A stretch of 63,042 nucleotides of DNA, the filler included, from Stramenopiles sp. TOSAG23-2 (lineage: Eukaryota), in the NCBI GenBank assembly GCA_900128395.1. It is 54 parts of 54 records of this genome, joined end to end, with 100 filler letters (N's around TTAATTAATTAA, not from the genome) between each part and the next. Parts side by side here need not be neighbours in the genome. Positions count along the whole stretch, not along the records: positions 1 to 1,076 come from LT653808.1; positions 1,177 to 2,252 come from LT653809.1; positions 2,353 to 3,428 come from LT653810.1; positions 3,529 to 4,604 come from LT653811.1; positions 4,705 to 5,780 come from LT653812.1; positions 5,881 to 6,956 come from LT653813.1; positions 7,057 to 8,131 come from LT653814.1; positions 8,232 to 9,306 come from LT653815.1; 46 more parts are not named here. One strand, 5' to 3'. The notes beneath the pieces were generated by a model, which was not told the origin of the DNA, made no database searches, and worked only from the letters and a program-made list of their open reading frames with translations. The translations under genes were made by a program, and so were the position numbers. Positions 1 through 11,757 of this stretch are shown here, piece by piece. Every line of letters begins with the position of its first letter. The first letter of the stretch is position 1.

Positions 1-284
1 TTCCTAAATAGTTCGCATTTATCATCATAAAAGAATGAATAAAAGCACGAAACACCACAAAAATCATCATCAACAAAAAAAATAAATATTGAAGAATATT
101 ATATCAATTTAAATCCATTATATATACCAGCACAAATGTACAGATAGAGACAAAACATATCATACTAGATATATACTATAAATACAAACCACAGGTGTGT
201 ATATTTATCATATCATAACGAAGAATACCATAACAAAATAAAAGAATAGAATAACGAAAAACTAAAATTTTACGTAATAAAATA

Positions 285-890
285 ATGATTTCGTATTTCC
301 AAATTGCATTGGCCATTGTAACTATAGCTTCTATTAATGCTAGTAAATGTCCAGATATTACAACACAACGAAGTGACTTTGTAAAAAATAAGTATGACCC
401 AGCATTACTAACAGGATTATGGTACGAACACATGTACATTGACATAGCACAACTTGGTGCATCTTGTGAACGTTTAAATGCAACGTATGATGCAACAACG
501 GGTGTTATAACGTCTGATTTTGAAGTCAAATATGGTGAAATACCATTTGCGATCACGGAAGTTTACACTCCTCCTAAAAATGATTCAATGAAAGGTGTTT
601 ATCTTAAAACTGTCAAAGAGCCTGGTTCTAAATTGCTTCAAATCCCAACTGTTGTATCTGATGTGCAATTTTTAAGCGGTTCAGAATCGTCTAGTTACGA
701 TACAGTCATTTTAACCTCTTGTGTTGAAAAGTTAGGACAAGCTATACATGAACTTGTATTTGCCACAAGGAAAAAAAATGAAAGTACAACTTTATTAAAT
801 CAGATGGAAAATACAGCCAAAGGTTTAGGTATTGAATGGAAAACTTTAAAGCAAGTGGATTGGACGAAAAAAGTGTGTGAAAAATTATAA
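285..890 (+). CDS. Secreted lipocalin (apolipoprotein D-like), complete
   Basis: Signal peptide; CPxI...KYDPALLTGLWYE matches lipocalin SCR1 (GxWY); C-terminal VDW...C; 201 aa. Confidence 0.7.
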   Translation: MISYFQIALAIVTIASINASKCPDITTQRSDFVKNKYDPALLTGLWYEHMYIDIAQLGASCERLNATYDATTGVITSDFEVKYGEIPFAITEVYTPPKNDSMKGVYLKTVKEPGSKLLQIPTVVSDVQFLSGSESSSYDTVILTSCVEKLGQAIHELVFATRKKNESTTLLNQMENTAKGLGIEWKTLKQVDWTKKVCEKL

Positions 891-1076
891 AAAAATAAAA
901 AATATATAATTTAATATATATGATATATACTGATTGTATTACATACTTCGTGTATTATCATGTAATATAATATATTATACGAAGCGTTCGTACGAAGTAT
1001 TTATAATCACCATTGTTGCTGTTGTGTCATTTCACTTTCTGTTGATCAAAAAAAATATTCTTTATATGTCTAGTAT

Positions 1077-1176
1077 NNNNNNNNNNNNNNNNNNNNNNNN
1101 NNNNNNNNNNNNNNNNNNNNTTAATTAATTAANNNNNNNNNNNNNNNNNNNNNNNNNNNNNNNNNNNNNNNNNNNN
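1077..1176. other. Artificial contig-joining linker N44-TTAATTAATTAA-N44 (first of 53 copies)
   Basis: An identical 100-bp block recurs every ~1.16-1.18 kb. TTAATTAATTAA gives stops in all 6 frames. The intervening contigs shrink monotonically from 1076 to 1060 bp. Confidence 0.99.
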
Positions 1177-2252
1177 AGTCTCCGTCGTCTGCTATTGATA
1201 GCTGTTTCACTCGAAGCCTCTCGCAGTCCATAAGAGAAGAACGTTGATCCAACTCCAAGAATATTTTTAGCGGTGTTTGGTGATAAACCTACCTCGCTTG
1301 ACATCTTGACGATACTCTTCGAAATATTTTTTGATCGTTCAAGGCTTTCTGCATCCATTAATTCTGGTTGCAACATTCCTTTTAATGTTGATGCCTGAAC
1401 TTCACCAGTCGCTACCGAAGGCTCCATTTTTGATAAACTTTTCTCCAACAAAGTACTGGCGATTTGATTATATTCAACAGCAGCATTTCGTTCTTCTTCA
1501 GTGACCTCACACGCAGCTTTAGGGCCATTGAAAAATCCGCTTTCACACTTGCACAAAACGACACACGATGGGTGTATTGTCATGCATTCCTCTTCTGGTA
1601 AACTTTTTGAACATGTTCCACGCCCCCCACACTCAGTCTTGTTCCACTTAGGACAAACTTTAGGAATCAATGCGGGTGGTACGTATACAAACACCTCTTC
1701 CACTTCATCTTCTTGTTCTTCTTCTCCTTGAAAACTTGGAGAGGGAGCAGTACTTTGAGGTGCTGATGTCACCGTTGACGTATCGTCTGATGCTTCCTCC
1801 TCTTCATCTTCAGTAGAAGTAGCGGCTGATAGCGTATTAAGTAAAGCAAGTGTTTTGAAAGGATCATCATCATCGCTGCTTGCCATTAACATATTTGCAC
1901 CTTGAGCCAATAGCTCTGTTTTTGAAATTTCAGGCATTGTAACACGGACATTCGCATATGCATATGCTTCACCACCATAATAATCAATTGCTTTCACAAT
2001 ACACAAGATAGTTTTGTTCACGCCTTTCCCCGCAGCAAACACCGTAGAAATATGAGATTTTTGCGTACTTTCTATGACAGTTAGCTCACTGGTCATGTCT
2101 GCATCAATATAATACCCAAACTGATATGAGACAATTTCATCTTCATCTTGCCAATTTTGCGTTGTCAATGTAACAGAGGTGTTGAGCGCAATTGCTTCAT
2201 ATGGGTTCACAATCAGAAAACCTGAGCTAGGCGGTTCATTCACATTTATATT
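1177..2252 (-). CDS. REJ-domain + EGF-like protein (polycystin-1/PKDREJ-like), internal fragment
   Basis: NEPPSSG..VNP..AL.T..T.T.QNWQDED..SYQFGY is a REJ-type motif, followed by EGF-like CGGRGTC...CKCESGFFNG..C. ORF is open across the contig. Confidence 0.7.
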
Positions 2253-2352
2253 NNNNNNNNNNNNNNNNNNNNNNNNNNNNNNNNNNNNNNNNNNNNTTAA
2301 TTAATTAANNNNNNNNNNNNNNNNNNNNNNNNNNNNNNNNNNNNNNNNNNNN

Positions 2353-3025
2353 CAAAGTCGTTTAATAGATCCGGAACATGCTTAGGCTTAAAAATTCTAA
2401 ATGGCGATCGTTTGGCATTTCCTCTTGGTGTTTTTTTGTATTCACATTTAAATTGTCCGTGCCCACCTTTCATTTTCAATCTTACATATAATATATTCGA
2501 GCCTTTTAAAATTTTAACAGAGTTCCATATAAGCCCCGTTCGAAACATATCGCCATTCAATGGATGTAAATCATTCAAGTAAAACGTGCTTACACCGGAA
2601 CAAGCTATATCAAAATTTCCTTCTGTTTTTTTCTTAAATTTAGTTACTGCCCAACCTTGCCACTCACTTGTCTCGACGCTACTTAAAGTTTGTACGTTTC
2701 TTTGCCAATCAATATTTTTTGGCTTTGGATATACTGTTCCTGAATTTGCATCAGAGTGAAGTTTTGACCACATCACTTTTCCTCCCGTTGCCATCTCAGA
2801 AAAATACTTTATTTTATTTGCTTTATCATAAAATGCTTTTATTATTCCCCCAGTTTGCGATGCAATTGGGTCTCCATCTAATTCATTTTTTCCAACTATC
2901 CATGGGCCTAAAAAATACCATTTTGACTTTCCAAAATTAAAATGTTTCACCGAACAAGCAATTTCAAAATGAAAAGATGAGAAAAACAATAATACAGCGA
3001 TCGAAAGAATGAAGCATCCTGGCAT
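2353..3025 (-). CDS. Secreted protein N-terminus (ARB_06907-like putative hydrolase family), 3'-truncated
   Basis: Hydrophobic leader; WYFLGPWIVGKNELDGDP and WQGWA motifs recalled from this family. Confidence 0.5.
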
Positions 3026-3529
3026 ATTTAGAATTAATAGCAAAACAAATAATTATATAGTAGTTCCTATTACTCCCGAACAAATTACAATGGGACAAAA
3101 AAATAATACAGACGACTACTGTTTCAGAAATTGAAATCTGAAAATGAATGTGTATAGCAATTATACTATAGTGCACTATACTATACGGTATCATTATTAT
3201 TATTATTATTATTGTATAATAATATAAAAAAAAAAAAAAAAAAAGATACCGCCGCGTAGTTACTGTAGACCAGTATAATACTGCACTCTGGCACTCCTAG
3301 TGGCACTGGTACGAGTAGTAATAATAAAAAAATATAATACAATAAATAAAATATAATAATGTACCAAGTAGAATGTAGTAGAGTACCAGAGTACCTGATA
3401 TAATATAAGATGTGTACATACAGATAGANNNNNNNNNNNNNNNNNNNNNNNNNNNNNNNNNNNNNNNNNNNNTTAATTAATTAANNNNNNNNNNNNNNNN
3501 NNNNNNNNNNNNNNNNNNNNNNNNNNNNT

Positions 3530-3874
3530 ATACCATACAACTTTGAATCGATATATGAAGAATATGTTAGATTATTACGCTTGGAGGATGAAGGTGGTAG
3601 TATTGGTGTTTCTACATATACGTTTACCAAGAAAATCATGTTTAAAGCATTTGAACAAGCACTTGCATTGGGATTATGCAAAGCGGTTGGAACAGGAAGT
3701 AGAACACGTTTCAATGGTGTCATGGCAGCCCAAAAAGCAAGTGTAAATCAATATGATTTACATTATCAAGCAGTACGTTTAATTTTAGATTTGAAACATT
3801 TAAAAGAATTATTTCGATTAGATAATGCAAATTTACCTACATTGGTAAAAACATGGACACAAAAGTGGATTTAA
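3530..3874 (+). CDS. ORC4: Origin recognition complex subunit 4, C-terminal winged-helix fragment
   Basis: The frame opens at the contig edge: PYNFESIYEEY...FTKKIMFKAFEQALALGL...YQAVRLIL...LPTLVKTW. This parallels ORC4 PFNFQMVYNEF...KPVVMKAFEHL...YQLMKL...CPTDVRQW. Confidence 0.8.
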   Translation: MPYNFESIYEEYVRLLRLEDEGGSIGVSTYTFTKKIMFKAFEQALALGLCKAVGTGSRTRFNGVMAAQKASVNQYDLHYQAVRLILDLKHLKELFRLDNANLPTLVKTWTQKWI

Positions 3875-4083
3875 AAGAGAAGGATATGCATTACCACAAA
3901 AGAGTTTTTTTACGAAAAATATATTTCGTACGACGCGTAAAAATTACGGTGTTCGTATATTAAAGTTTATATGTTTTTTTTACGAGATGTTAAAATATAA
4001 TACGCGCGTAAAAATAAAAGAAAAAACAAGCAGAAAACCAAAACAGACATTTTCTTTTTTTAGTTTTACCTCTCCCTGCGGGT

Positions 4084-4604
4084 TTACTCTTCCTTTAATC
4101 TATGTAAAGCTCTTTCTGGTACAACAATTTTAAATCGATATGGATTTCTATTACCTACTTCTAAATTTTGAAAGTGTTGCAATTGCATTGTATTATTTAT
4201 TAATTCAATCAACTCATCGATTTGATCTTTCTGTGCATTGATTTTCATTGATTTTGCTATTACCCATATTATCCCACATGCATTAGCTTGTATCTTTTTA
4301 TCATCTTTAAAACTTTTCATAGCAGTTGTTATTACTTTTACGATATTATTTTCAAGTGCTTTTTGACAATTTGGTGGATGATCAACAAGATAATATAAAA
4401 TATTTAAACCTTGGCTTTGTATACCAATATCAGGTGAATATATCTCCATACATTTTATAATTGATCTAATGCAATACGAATCCCCGATGACACCTCGCGC
4501 ACCATAAATAGCTGCGCGTAAAGATTGCAAAGATGTGTTTATCTCATTTATTATTTCTTCATTTTCTAAATATTTCACATTTGATTTTTCTTCCAAAAGT
4601 TGTC
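4084..4604 (-). CDS. Armadillo-repeat protein, C-terminal fragment
   Basis: Repeats such as IIKCMEIY..DIGIQSQGLNILYYL and VITTAMKSFKDDKKIQANACGIIWVI (LRRK2/aardvark-type ARM). Confidence 0.65.
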
Positions 4605-5203
4605 NNNNNNNNNNNNNNNNNNNNNNNNNNNNNNNNNNNNNNNNNNNNTTAATTAATTAANNNNNNNNNNNNNNNNNNNNNNNNNNNNNNNNNNNNNNNN
4701 NNNNGTTATGTTATGTTACAATATGTATCGATGTTTTTGATTATCATCTATTTTTTTTTGTTATATATATATTATATTATACATTTTTTTGCCACCAGTT
4801 TGGGTGTTCGATGATGCACATCAAAAACAGCCGTGATTCCGCCACCTTAACCTTTTATTCCACCGACCGATCAAAGGACATAGGAGGACATGTACATACA
4901 GTAAGTATAGTATCGTAATAGAGTAATTATTTGACCGTATTCTAATCTGGTCCTATTAGACTTTTTCCGAACTTTTCAAAGAACCGTATTGCTACTGTAA
5001 CTGTACTGTGCTACTGTATTCCCTTCCAACAAAAAGAGAAAGAAGAACAATTGACATTTGACATTTGACAAAATATATATTTTTTATATATCCAAAAGTA
5101 TACACAGCGTGATATTTGTTTTATATAATACATAGTAATTTTCTGTTAACATATATCATCTGCGCGCATAATAAATACATCTAACATATATAGTAACACA
5201 ACG

Positions 5204-5554
5204 ATGCTTCAACGAGGAACCAAGAATGTTTTTTTTTGGTTCTTGTTGTTGATAAATTTATTGATTTGCATCAGCAATGTTGTAAATTCTACCACAACCC
5301 ATTTCATTTCTGCATGTACAGATGACGATGCTGTTTTATGGGAAGGCCGAATACAAGAGGTGAAAACAAATGATACATCTTCTTCCCCTGGTGCGTGTAG
5401 CATTTTATACGATTGGAATGCAGTAACGTTTTACACAGAAATTGTAGTGACTAATGTCTCTGACAGGGCAGAAGCCGATAATAATAGCCTAGCTATTCAA
5501 ATAAATGGTGGGGGGGAACGAAATATAATACCATTCAAGGGACAATTTTATTAA
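5204..5554 (+). CDS. Secreted protein N-terminus, possibly CE2/SGNH esterase N-terminal domain-like; appears truncated or chimeric near 5515
   Basis: Signal peptide; LWEGR...YDW...F...NNSLAIQING pattern. An unrelated-looking reading frame takes over after a G-run. Confidence 0.35.
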   Translation: MLQRGTKNVFFWFLLLINLLICISNVVNSTTTHFISACTDDDAVLWEGRIQEVKTNDTSSSPGACSILYDWNAVTFYTEIVVTNVSDRAEADNNSLAIQINGGGERNIIPFKGQFY

Positions 5555-5882
5555 AACGTATATATTTAGAATTAGTCGTTCGCGATATCGAACGGGAAAC
5601 AAAATTTCTATGTTTGCCAAAATTTATTGAAGAAGATGAAGAACATCAAGTTGAGGATGAAATTGAAACGAAAGAGCCATCAAAATTACAAATTGCATTA
5701 GAGAAAATCAAAAATGCATTAAGTTCAAGAAATCGACGAAAGCTTATGCTTCAAATCGTGATTGGGACAAAATAGGCCAANNNNNNNNNNNNNNNNNNNN
5801 NNNNNNNNNNNNNNNNNNNNNNNNTTAATTAATTAANNNNNNNNNNNNNNNNNNNNNNNNNNNNNNNNNNNNNNNNNNNNAG

Positions 5883-6956
5883 AAGAAGCGGGAGAGAAAA
5901 CCCCCAAAGACGACGACGGGGACGACGGGGACGACGACGACGACGAATTTTGGTTTTGCATTCTTCGGAACGTTTCTGCAGTCGGACTGGTTTCAATCCT
6001 GGCTCGGACGGGTGATGATATACATGGTCGTTTTAGTCGTCGCGAGAACCCTGAGAAGCGTGGGCGAGAGAGGCCGGGATGGCGAAATGAGGAGAGGCTT
6101 TGGGGCGCTGAAAACGACGAAATCTGGTGGGGGTCGAATGTACGAAAACTACGGGAAATCGACGTGCGATGCGATTCGATGCGACTTTGCGAGAGCGCAG
6201 TTGAAAAGAATCACGCGGGAGGCGTTTCGAGGGACGGCGGTGAGCGCGTTCGAACAAATAGAAAGTAATGCGAGAGAAGGTAGTAAAAGTAGCAGAGTTG
6301 TAGAGAATGGTGGCTTTGACGGCTGGGAGAGCGAGATGGATTCGAACGCAAACAACAACAACAACAACAACAACAAACCTTTAGTTCTCGCTTTAGTCTC
6401 GGACGACCAGAGCGATTTCGATGCCATACTCAAACCAGGAAGCACGCTTAACCCGTTTAAAATGGCCGAAAAGAAAGGGTGTTTTAAGCGGTTAATAGTG
6501 AACGACCCGTACGAGAGTTCTTTGGTGACAATGAAAAACAAAAAGAAGAAACAGACGTCTTTCTCTTTGAACGACCCGAAAGAAATCGCCGAACGCAGAG
6601 GCGAGGTTCAAAAAGAACTCTCGCAATTCTTTCTAGAGTGCGGGAAGAAAATTGGCGGCGGCGTTGTTTACGTTCGCATGGCCAAACACATAAACGTCAA
6701 ATTGCTCCCGGCGTTACTCCCGGCCTTTTCCGAAAACGGTGGTTATACCCTCGATGGCGAGTTAGTCCCGTCGAAAGACTTTGTCTTCGTCCTCGAAGTG
6801 CTAAAACCAATCATCGAAAAATCCTCGGCGTTTAGCCGAGAGCGGAGCGAATACGCCAAGGCGTTGAAAAATGGCAACGAAGCCACGTTCACGCGAATCG
6901 TCAAAAGTAAACTCGCTTTTTACTGGGGAGTAGACGAGGAAGACGAATCGTTGTTG
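5883..6956 (+). CDS. Membrane-anchored degenerate AAA+/torsin-LAP1-like protein fragment on a compositionally foreign contig
   Basis: Open across the contig; one TM helix; C..GVVYV...LLPALL..FSENG...DG..V...DFVFVL resembles the torsin-like fold. Much higher GC and CpG than other contigs. Confidence 0.4.
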
Positions 6957-7056
6957 NNNNNNNNNNNNNNNNNNNNNNNNNNNNNNNNNNNNNNNNNNNN
7001 TTAATTAATTAANNNNNNNNNNNNNNNNNNNNNNNNNNNNNNNNNNNNNNNNNNNN

Positions 7057-8131
7057 GTTTTCATCTTTTCTATATAATTTCTCTCTTAAATAGTCACTCA
7101 AAGCAAGTGCTTTTGAGTCCGCATCTGCATCATCTAATAGGACAAACCCTGGTAGACGGACTCTAGGCCATAAATGCATATATTCAGCATTGTATACGGA
7201 TGTCGTGAATTGATCAAATTCATTCCATATATTATAAATAGTCATCGCTATTAAAATATAATACATGTACAACGAGGCGATATCTTGGGTTACACCATGG
7301 CGTTTGCCTATTTTACTTGGATCTCGAAATATTCTATATTGATGGACTTTTGATCGGGGATAGACAGCACCTGTAACATCAAATTCAACAGAGAAATGTG
7401 CAAGTGTAAATAAATCAAGCATGGATGGATTTACAAGGACAAATTCAACTACTACTACTCTGGTATTGGCATCAATGAAATTACACTTTTGCAACTTTTG
7501 CGATATTGCTTTGGCCTGTACGCCACTTTTTCCTAAACGTGGATCTGGTAATTCTGGGCTAAAACCACCACTTTGAATTTCCATTCCATCGAATGATATG
7601 CTGTAATAATCTTCTGTCTTTTCCTTACAATTGTTTCCTTTATCGGGCCTAGAACAATGGCGCTCCCCTTTTATAATTCCAATGCCATCGCAATATAAAT
7701 CATCCCAAGCAAGACTACTTCGTTTCGAGACTATTTCATTTTGTTTGTCTTCCTTTGTTAATTTATTGTAAAATTCATCATCACTTTTTGTAATATATGG
7801 ATACATACATTGACCATTATTTTTGCTATTCTTACCACCATATATTCCACTACATCTTCCTTTTAAATTGGAGCGAAGCTGCCTAATTCTAGGCCTACCA
7901 ACGATTCTACCAAATGTACTGACTGCGCCACGCATCCCTTTAGATGTTGTATTTTGTACTCTATACGGCAAAGCTTCGCCATACAAACCAGGCAACGCAA
8001 CGTTATCAAACCATTCATAAAATTCTTCTACGTTGGCTATGTCATTATAATTTAATGCCATGCCATCGCGAAATTCTTCATTGACAAACAATTCATTTGT
8101 TGCCCATTTGATATCGGACCAACGTTTATCG
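7057..8131 (-). CDS. Polycystin cation channel (PKD2/TRPP-like) TOP-domain fragment
   Basis: EFYEWF...LPGLY, IVGRPRIRQLRS, SGGF, LQKCNFIDANTRVVVVEFVLVNP, VEFDVTGAVYP. Confidence 0.85.
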
Positions 8132-8231
8132 NNNNNNNNNNNNNNNNNNNNNNNNNNNNNNNNNNNNNNNNNNNNTTAATTAATTAANNNNNNNNNNNNN
8201 NNNNNNNNNNNNNNNNNNNNNNNNNNNNNNN

Positions 8232-9136
8232 CTGGTATACTGATATTGAAAAATAAGTTTTGTCCTGATTTTGGACATTCTACGTCCAGTGTGTTTTCAA
8301 TAGTGTGTCGTTATAAATTTTAAATAGTTGGACATTTTCATGCTATTTCCATTGTATTTATTTTATCATAGCGAGTACCGTAGTCTAACATCCATAATAT
8401 AGTATATAGGTAATATAACTAAAGACAATAAGATTGTTGTCAATCTGGATTTCTATATCTGAGTTTAGTACAAACAGAATATTTGGTTATTTTGTAGCAT
8501 TATATACCATTAAATAAGTAGGGGTCTTACATATAGACATTATAAATATGTCATTATTAATAAAATATTCAATTTTAAAATGTTTATATATAGAAATATA
8601 TTTGTATAAATTATAAACACTAGCACAAGTATGGGTCCCAGTGGCAGACATAGGAATTTGCACAAAGTGTACCACATTTTCGTACCGGAAATTAATATCA
8701 ATAACATAAATATATGGCATTTTGATAGACTTTTTACGACTAGAATACAATCAAGTACAAATGTTCTACTTTTTAAACATTTTTATTTTAGCAAGGCAAT
8801 ATGCTTGACATATATATATATATATGAAAATTCTCAAGTCCAGAATTAGAACATGGAGATACACATAGACATTGTTCGATTATACATGTAAAAGAAAATT
8901 CTCAAGTCCAGAATTAGAACATGGAGATACACATAGACATTGTTCGATTAAACATGTAAAAATACATTTATATGTATAAAAATTGGTCTGAATGTATAGT
9001 TTAGATATAGTTATTGAAGATATATATAATAGATTATATCGTATATAACGTATTTATAGGTTTATACTCATTTTTCGTAACTGGTGGACGTAAAATGTCC
9101 AAAATCAGGACATTTTAGCATATATCCATATACCAG
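8232..9136. mobile_element. Non-autonomous TIR element (MITE-like, ~905 bp)
   Basis: Termini CTGGTATA / TATACCAG, plus a 28-bp inverted repeat at 8261-8288 / 9085-9112 (1 mismatch). No real ORF inside. Confidence 0.65.
8826..8961. repeat. 68-bp direct tandem duplication
   Basis: gaaaattctcaagtccagaattagaacatggagatacacatagacattgttcgatta(t/a)acatgtaaaa occurs twice. Confidence 0.95.
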
Positions 9137-9406
9137 ATATCATATAATATTATTTTTTTGGGAGTGTAGGAATATTGTCATGGGTGGGAATAAAAAATTA
9201 GAATAGCGTACATGTATTCTATATTACTCGTACGAGTATATATATATATATACAAGGAAGTAGAGGGACAGTTATTGAGGCGACCTCACGTAAGGATGGA
9301 AAATTANNNNNNNNNNNNNNNNNNNNNNNNNNNNNNNNNNNNNNNNNNNNTTAATTAATTAANNNNNNNNNNNNNNNNNNNNNNNNNNNNNNNNNNNNNN
9401 NNNNNN

Positions 9407-9538
9407 TCTATTCCAGCTGGTAAAACTAATATACCAATTTGTATTGGTTCTGCATGTTCTTCTTCCAACGCTTCAATCGTTGATTGTTTTAGTCTCTTAG
9501 CCGGTGCTGTTGTATTAGTAACTGTTGATGCCATCATG
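9407..9538 (-). CDS. Gene 5' end, possible F-box-like start
   Basis: MMASTVTNTT...EPIQIGILVLPAGI runs off the contig edge and lies downstream of an ankyrin gene. Confidence 0.4.
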
Positions 9539-9848
9539 ATGATATATATATATATATATATATTCAATGTTATCTGTTATATATTCTTTTTTTTTCATTA
9601 GGTATTATATATATGTATGTATGTATGTATATGTATTATCATTATTAATTGAATGTAAAAAGACCAACACTTTTTACGGACCAACAATTTAGACGGAAAA
9701 CAACACCTGGGAGATGAAAAGAGAGCCCTTTTGGTGATGGAGAGTGGAGAGAGGGGAAACATTAGAGTTAAAAGAGTTTAATATTCAAAATGGATATAAT
9801 ATGTTTTACAACTTGCATGTGTCTCTTTCTCTCTCTTCTCTCCTTTAT

Positions 9849-10481
9849 TTAATGATTTAAATCACCATTACCTCTTCCTACTCTTCTACCATTTTCATCA
9901 AAATAATTTGCTTTTCCACCTTTTGAACGTAAAAGTGCAATGATCTCTTGGCGAATTGGACTGCGATTATCACGATATGCCCAGTCCAGGGGAGTCAATT
10001 CCCCGACCTGCTTCTTATTAATGCTTTCAAGAGTCATATGAGTTAATAACAATTCAATCAACTCAGAAGTCGTTCTGTTATAACATGCTGCCCAATGCAA
10101 TGCATTCTGTCCATGCCTATTTGCAATATTAGGATCAGCTTCACCTTGTTCAATTAAATATTTAACTATTTGGAAATGTTCGTACGTTGCAGCTTCCATT
10201 AAAGGTGTCCTAACACCACCATGACTATCTTTACCGAGTTGATTCACGTATTCTTTCAATGTCATATTATTACCATTACTACCATTCCCATCATAGCCTG
10301 TAATTAATGATTTCACATCATCTAAACGTCCTTTCTCACATGCACATACTAATGGCGAACGACTTGATCCAAATTCTTTTATGTATTTCTTATTCAAATA
10401 TGGATATTGTATAATTTTACACATTTGATATAATGTATCATCGTTTCGGTTTTTACAAAATAATTGAATAAAGGATGAATA
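9849..10481 (-). CDS. Ankyrin-repeat protein, 5'-truncated
   Basis: SPLVCACEKGRLDDVKSLI, TPLMEAATYEHFQIVKYLIEQGEADPN, NALHWAA, TPLDWA. Confidence 0.9.
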   Translation of the reverse strand, partial: YSSFIQLFCKNRNDDTLYQMCKIIQYPYLNKKYIKEFGSSRSPLVCACEKGRLDDVKSLITGYDGNGSNGNNMTLKEYVNQLGKDSHGGVRTPLMEAATYEHFQIVKYLIEQGEADPNIANRHGQNALHWAACYNRTTSELIELLLTHMTLESINKKQVGELTPLDWAYRDNRSPIRQEIIALLRSKGGKANYFDENGRRVGRGNGDLNH

Positions 10482-11558
10482 NNNNNNNNNNNNNNNNNNN
10501 NNNNNNNNNNNNNNNNNNNNNNNNNTTAATTAATTAANNNNNNNNNNNNNNNNNNNNNNNNNNNNNNNNNNNNNNNNNNNNAATATAATATCTTGTTTTT
10601 GATCGATTTACTACTCTGCGTAATATGCATATATATGTATCTGTATTTTGGATGAAGATGTGTGTGACTATACACGTATACACAGTGTAGATAAATCTTT
10701 TCTAATATTATATCTTCTTGGATCTTATTCATTTTTTTTATTATTTTTGTGTTGTTGTGCTGCTTCTTTTTGGTGCTTTGTTGGGTGTGGTTAATTGTTT
10801 GTTGAATTAATAATATTAAACATAAAATTCCATTATTTTTATGCACACTACTTGTACCGTTTAATTGTACATTACTATTATATATATAATAATAGACTTT
10901 ATTATGTTAAAATACAATAATTAGATATAAATTATCTAATATCCGAATTAGTCTAGTATCGCGATGGCACACCTCCAATACTAAAAGTCACATAGTCGTC
11001 TAGCAGAGTGAAGCAAGCCCTAAGGCAAGCCTTATAGCAAGGTGCTGAACAAGAAATTTCTTCACCTCTATCTATCCATCGCTTACTGTACAGTATTTCT
11101 TAGTATGCCAGTATGCTTCTGTTAGAACTGTACCTGTATACTTTATTCGGGAGAGCCTGTATCCATAATAATCAAAGGTGCCATCAAAATAGCACAATAC
11201 AGTATTTTCTCCCTGGTAGCTATTTTGTTGGATAGCTTGATGGGAAAAAATACCAGGAATACCGAATACATGTACACTGGTACACCTCTCCCCCAGATAC
11301 TGTACAGCTGGACCAGCTCTCTCGTCGTAAGAAAAAAAAGCGATGATAATAAATAAAAAAAAGAAATGTCATATAGAATTAGAATAATAATAAAGTAAAT
11401 ATATATGGTACTGCACAACGAAAGACGAGTAAAAAAGCAAGATAAAATCTTATTTTCAACCATTTTAAATGCAATTAACTCATATTATTATAAATAATTT
11501 AATTAAAAGAAAGCAAAGTGCTAGAAAAGTGTATCGTTCTACTTATTGTTACAAAAAA

Positions 11559-11656
11559 ATGGCATCAATAACAACAGAAACTAATAATCAACAATTAGAA
11601 AAAGAAGAAGAAAATACTACTACTACCGCTACAACAATAGATTCAACCAAACCATT
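11559..11656 (+). CDS. Gene 5' end (MASITTETNNQQ...)
   Basis: ATG in aaaaATGG context, open to the contig edge. Confidence 0.45.
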
Positions 11657-11757
11657 NNNNNNNNNNNNNNNNNNNNNNNNNNNNNNNNNNNNNNNNNNNN
11701 TTAATTAATTAANNNNNNNNNNNNNNNNNNNNNNNNNNNNNNNNNNNNNNNNNNNNA

